64,000 nucleotides of DNA from contig CAWGHO010000002.1 of assembly GCA_963822445.1 (NCBI GenBank), positions 2,304,001 to 2,368,000 on the forward strand, read 5' to 3'. Each line of letters begins with the position of its first letter. The first letter of the stretch is position 1. Source of the stretch: an uncultured Acidobacteriota bacterium. GTDB taxonomy: Bacteria > Acidobacteriota > Thermoanaerobaculia > Gp7-AA8. Both the position numbers and the translations under genes were made by a program. Below, one piece after another: positions 61,204-64,000 of this stretch. Under the pieces are notes generated by a model, which did not search any database, was not told the origin of the DNA, and saw only the letters and a list, made by a program, of their open reading frames with translations.

Positions 61204-61857
61204 TTACGCATTGTTGGCCCGGACGTAGATCTCGACGCGGCGGTTCTGCTGGCGGCCGCTTGCGGTCGAGTTCGACGCTTTCGCGCTGCCTTCGCCGTAG
61301 CCGATCGAGTCGATGCGCGATCCGCGGACGCCCTGGTTTTGCAGGTAGCTGGCGACCGCGTCCGCACGACGCTCGGACAGGCGCTGGTTGTACGAGGTGG
61401 AGCCGGTCGAGTCCGTGTGTCCGCCGACCACGATGGTGGTGTCGCCGTACTTGTTGAACACGTCAGCCATCTCGCGCAGCTCGTCCTTCGAGGTTGCACG
61501 CAGCCCGGCCGAGTCGAAATCGAACAGGATCTCGTTGCGGACCGTCACGCGGAGCTCGTCGTCGTCGGTACGGGCCACGTCGATGCCTTCGATCTGCCGG
61601 AGCTCGCGCTCCTGCTTGTCCATCATGGCGCCGACGATCGCGCCGGTGGCCGCGCCGACCGCGCCGCCGATGACCGCACCGCGCTTGGCGTTCCCCGAGC
61701 CACGGTTGTTGTGGATGATCGCGCCGGCGATGGCACCGGCCACGCCGCCGATGACGGCGCCCTTGGCGGTCTTGTCGCGGCGGGTCGTGTTGTCGACCGC
61801 GAAGGCCATGGGGCTGGCGAGCAGGGCGATGAGCAGAGTGGCGATGAGCTTGTTCAT
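61204..61857 (-). CDS. OmpA-family protein with glycine zipper
   Basis: Signal peptide, GHTDSTG, NQRLSERRA, NRRVEI. Confidence 0.95.
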   Translation of the reverse strand: MNKLIATLLIALLASPMAFAVDNTTRRDKTAKGAVIGGVAGAIAGAIIHNNRGSGNAKRGAVIGGAVGAATGAIVGAMMDKQERELRQIEGIDVARTDDDELRVTVRNEILFDFDSAGLRATSKDELREMADVFNKYGDTTIVVGGHTDSTGSTSYNQRLSERRADAVASYLQNQGVRGSRIDSIGYGEGSAKASNSTASGRQQNRRVEIYVRANNA

Positions 61858-61890
61858 TGTCTTTCTCCTTGGTTCTGGCGGTCCTTAATC

Positions 61891-61905
61891 GCAACGGAGC
61901 TGCCA
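61891..61905 (-). promoter_or_regulatory. Candidate sigma-54 promoter of OmpA pair
   Basis: Minus strand TGGCAGCTCCGTTGC, GG-N10-GC. Confidence 0.65.
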
Positions 61906-61958
61906 TGTACCAAATAACTATGGAAGAAATGGCGCTCAGCCGTTGTACCATCGGCGCC

Positions 61959-62990
61959 GTGGCGACCGAGACCTCGATGGCCGACGTGCTCCGTAACATG
62001 CTCAGTTACGGGGACTTGTCGTTCCGGGACTTCATGGAGGTGGCCCTCTACCACCCGCAGTTCGGGTACTACACGCGGGGTGTTCACCCTGCCGGAAAAG
62101 GGGGTGATTTCGTCACCGCCCCCTCGCTGAGCCCGGCATTTTCCTTTGCCATTGCCGGGCTCGTCCGCGAGTTTTCGAGCCGCTGCGAGGGCGAGTTGTG
62201 CTCTTTTGTGGACATCGGGGCAGGGGACGGCTCTCTCATTAATAGTGTGCAGCGCGTGGTGCAGGCCTCCGGCCTGCCTTTCCGCTTCTTCGCCTTGGAC
62301 CGCGCCCGGGGCACATCCCTGGAAGACGTTCCGACCGACGGCGTCCACTTCATTTTCTCCAACGAGCTCTACGACGCCTTTCCCTTTGCCCGGCTCGTGA
62401 ACCGCGGGGAGCACCTTCACGAACTGTGGGTGACAGAGCGCGAGGGCGGGTTGGACTGGGCGGAACGGGAAGCTCCGGCGCCCTACGAGGACTACTTCGC
62501 GAGCCACGGCGTCGAGCTGGCCGAGGGGCAGTTCGTCGATGTGTCTCTGGAGTGGGAGGCGTTTCATCGCGAGGTCGTGAACCGCTTCGAGCGCGCGCTC
62601 TTCGTCACCTTCGACTACGGACACGAAGCGGCGAAGCTCTTCAGCTCGCGGCTGCGGCGGTTCGGAACGGCGGCCGCGTACTCCGGGCACCGCGTGTCGC
62701 GCGACCTGCTCGCCAACCCGGGAGAACAGGACCTGACCGCGCACATCAACTTCTCCGATCTGAAGCGCGCGGAGGCGGAGACGCTCTACTTCGATCGGAT
62801 GAACAAGTTCCTGCTCTCGATCGGAATCGCCGAACACCCGCTTCTTCAGCCCGGAACGGGCGATTTTCAGGAGCGCGAAGATGCCCGCCGCCTCGTTCTA
62901 CCTGACGGCATTGGCGAGGACTTACGGGTCCTGGTGCAGGCCAGAGGGGTGCCGCTGGATGGGTGGTCGTTCCAGCGTCCGCTGTATTAG
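61959..62990 (+). CDS. MidA/NDUFAF7-family SAM-dependent methyltransferase
   Basis: FRDFMEVALYHP..GYY, DFVTAP, DIGAGDG, SNELYDA, DYG, QDLTAHINF. Confidence 0.9.
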   Translation: MATETSMADVLRNMLSYGDLSFRDFMEVALYHPQFGYYTRGVHPAGKGGDFVTAPSLSPAFSFAIAGLVREFSSRCEGELCSFVDIGAGDGSLINSVQRVVQASGLPFRFFALDRARGTSLEDVPTDGVHFIFSNELYDAFPFARLVNRGEHLHELWVTEREGGLDWAEREAPAPYEDYFASHGVELAEGQFVDVSLEWEAFHREVVNRFERALFVTFDYGHEAAKLFSSRLRRFGTAAAYSGHRVSRDLLANPGEQDLTAHINFSDLKRAEAETLYFDRMNKFLLSIGIAEHPLLQPGTGDFQEREDARRLVLPDGIGEDLRVLVQARGVPLDGWSFQRPLY

Positions 62991-62991
62991 G

Positions 62992-63019
62992 TTGACTCTC
63001 CGCTTTTGCCGTTTAGAAT
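62992..63019 (+). promoter_or_regulatory. Sigma-70 promoter of nuo operon
   Basis: TTGACT-16nt-TAGAAT. Confidence 0.65.
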
Positions 63020-63050
63020 GACCGCGGTCGGCGACTCCGTCGAGAAAAAG

Positions 63051-63413
63051 ATGGCAAATTACTCGGTGCTGCTGGTAGCTGCGCTCATCGTGCTCTCGGT
63101 TCCGGTATTGACGCTTTTCGTCCTCCAGCCGCTGGTGCGCTCGGGCCGCCGGGGAGGCAAGGTGAAGCTCGAGCCGTACGAGTGCGGCATCGCCCCCACC
63201 TCCCTCGCTTTCGACCACAGGTTCTCGGTCCGCTACTTCCTGATCGCGGTCCTGTTCATCGTCTTCGACGTGGAGACGGTGTTCCTCTTCCCCTGGGCGA
63301 TCCGGTTCAAACAGCTCGGCCTGTTCGGCGCTGTGGAAATGGCAATCTTTCTTGCGATTCTCCTGATCGGTTACTTCTACGCCTGGAAGAGGAAGGTCCT
63401 TTCATGGGTCTGA
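63051..63413 (+). CDS. nuoA: NADH-quinone oxidoreductase subunit A
   Basis: [31 protein letters not shown]. Confidence 0.95.
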   Translation: MANYSVLLVAALIVLSVPVLTLFVLQPLVRSGRRGGKVKLEPYECGIAPTSLAFDHRFSVRYFLIAVLFIVFDVETVFLFPWAIRFKQLGLFGAVEMAIFLAILLIGYFYAWKRKVLSWV

Positions 63414-64000
63414 TCGAGGGCCGATTCGATTCGAACGTCCTGACGACGTCGGTCGACAAGATTTTCAACTGGGCCCGCAAGTCTTCCCTCTGGCCGATGC
63501 AGTTCGGTCTGGCCTGCTGCGCCATCGAGATGATGGCCGTCCTCGATCCCCGCCACGACATGGCCCGCTTCGGCGCCGAAGTCTTTCGCGCGACGCCGCG
63601 GCAGGCCGACCTGATGATCGTCTCCGGCACGGTCACCGAGAAAATGGCCCCCATCGTCCGCCGTCTCTGGGACCAGATGCCCGATCCGAAATGGGTCATC
63701 TCCATGGGCTCGTGCGCGACGTGCGGCGGTCCGTATGACACCTACGCCGTCACGCAGGGTGTCGATCGACTCGTTCCGGTCGACGTCTACATTCCCGGTT
63801 GTCCTCCTCGCCCCGAGGCGCTGATCTGGGGATTGATGGAGCTGCAGAAGAAGATCGAGAAGATGCACATCCTGCGGAAGGGCGGCGAGGCCTACGACTT
63901 CGCGCGCGCCGCGGTGCGCGACTCCCTGCGGCCCGAGCACGAAGGTCCCGCGCTCCGCGCCGAGCAGGCCGCGCAGCTCAAACAGGCTCCGATCTCCGGC
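63404..64000 (+). CDS. nuoB: NADH-quinone oxidoreductase subunit B (partial, runs off window)
   Basis: Reads [47 protein letters not shown]. Confidence 0.95.
   Translation, partial: MGLIEGRFDSNVLTTSVDKIFNWARKSSLWPMQFGLACCAIEMMAVLDPRHDMARFGAEVFRATPRQADLMIVSGTVTEKMAPIVRRLWDQMPDPKWVISMGSCATCGGPYDTYAVTQGVDRLVPVDVYIPGCPPRPEALIWGLMELQKKIEKMHILRKGGEAYDFARAAVRDSLRPEHEGPALRAEQAAQLKQAPISG

Overview
High-GC, gene-dense bacterial chromosomal window. Gene content (ECF sigma/anti-sigma/HEAT cassette, BlaI-M56 pairs, TolB/TPR Ser/Thr kinases, TonB receptor) suggests Acidobacteriota, probably Thermoanaerobaculia-like; this is inference. It holds about 65 CDS and no recognisable rRNA, tRNA, CRISPR array, integrase or transposase. 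Housekeeping and envelope content: MacB-type ABC permeases with an NtrC two-component pair, a TonB receptor/FabG/FabH/acyl-CoA ligase/TetR operon, a DHS-like enzyme, an M28-PDZ-PD40 peptidase, SodC, a membrane pyrophosphatase, two OmpA proteins and nuoAB. Most interesting: (1) a PspA/IM30 (ESCRT-III-like) gene clustered with a membrane coiled-coil protein and a classical-clade AAA+ ATPase; (2) an 18-Cys secreted protein next to a SurA-like/DsbA foldase, with a 22-bp-spaced direct repeat upstream; (3) a porin + 2 YceI + DosS/DosR-like operon; (4) about 12 dispersed 7/8-nt tandem-repeat elements, mostly inverted pairs with unrelated unit sequences, several translated inside genes; (5) a palindromic element inserted in frame in three proteins; (6) recurrent TAnnnT motifs 6-9 nt before start codons, suggesting leaderless mRNAs. 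Four genes carry single-base frameshifts that look like assembly errors. All functional calls come from motif recognition by eye, not database searches.
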